From: Tubulanus polymorphus
Lineage: Eukaryota; Animalia; Nemertea
Length of the DNA: 64,000 nucleotides
Direction: 5' to 3'
NCBI RefSeq assembly: GCF_964204645.1
Contig: NC_134027.1
Coordinates: 10,510,485-10,574,484, forward strand
The notes under the pieces are model-generated. The model had not been told where the DNA came from. It saw only the letters and a list, made by a program, of their open reading frames with translations, and searched no databases. The translations under genes were made by a program, and so were the position numbers. This document shows positions 63,959 to 64,000 of this stretch, in pieces (position 1 is the stretch's first letter; each line of letters opens with the position of its first letter).

Positions 63959-64000
63959 TATACTAGGGCATTTTCAACCTGGGTTCAATTCATGAACAAC

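Overview
AT-rich eukaryotic DNA with short spliceosomal introns, most likely from an invertebrate animal; the taxon cannot be fixed from sequence alone. (1) About 1.7-31.4 kb: a tandem array of four SLC22/organic-cation-transporter-like genes on +. Three are intact with 8 coding exons and the fourth is frameshifted and truncated. All four share a GC-AG intron, and a decayed GRL101-like GPCR and many TE fragments lie between them. (2) 33.6-34.8 kb: a two-exon secreted protein with a bacterial-type YbaY/YscW domain. (3) 35.3-40.0 kb: a duplicated Cys-rich, probably GPI-anchored protein gene, one copy intact and one disrupted by a Penelope-like element. (4) About 43-55.5 kb: a repeat-rich block with no credible long ORF. 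It has minisatellites, a 470-bp (TA)n, duplicated minus-strand splice modules and an ~800-nt foldback whose mismatches favour G-U pairing on the minus strand. (5) 56.0-59.9 kb: a NIPSNAP3-like gene. Four minimal hammerhead ribozyme motifs (three sequence families) sit in Penelope-type insertions. Exon boundaries, alignments and counts were done by hand; no database searches were run.
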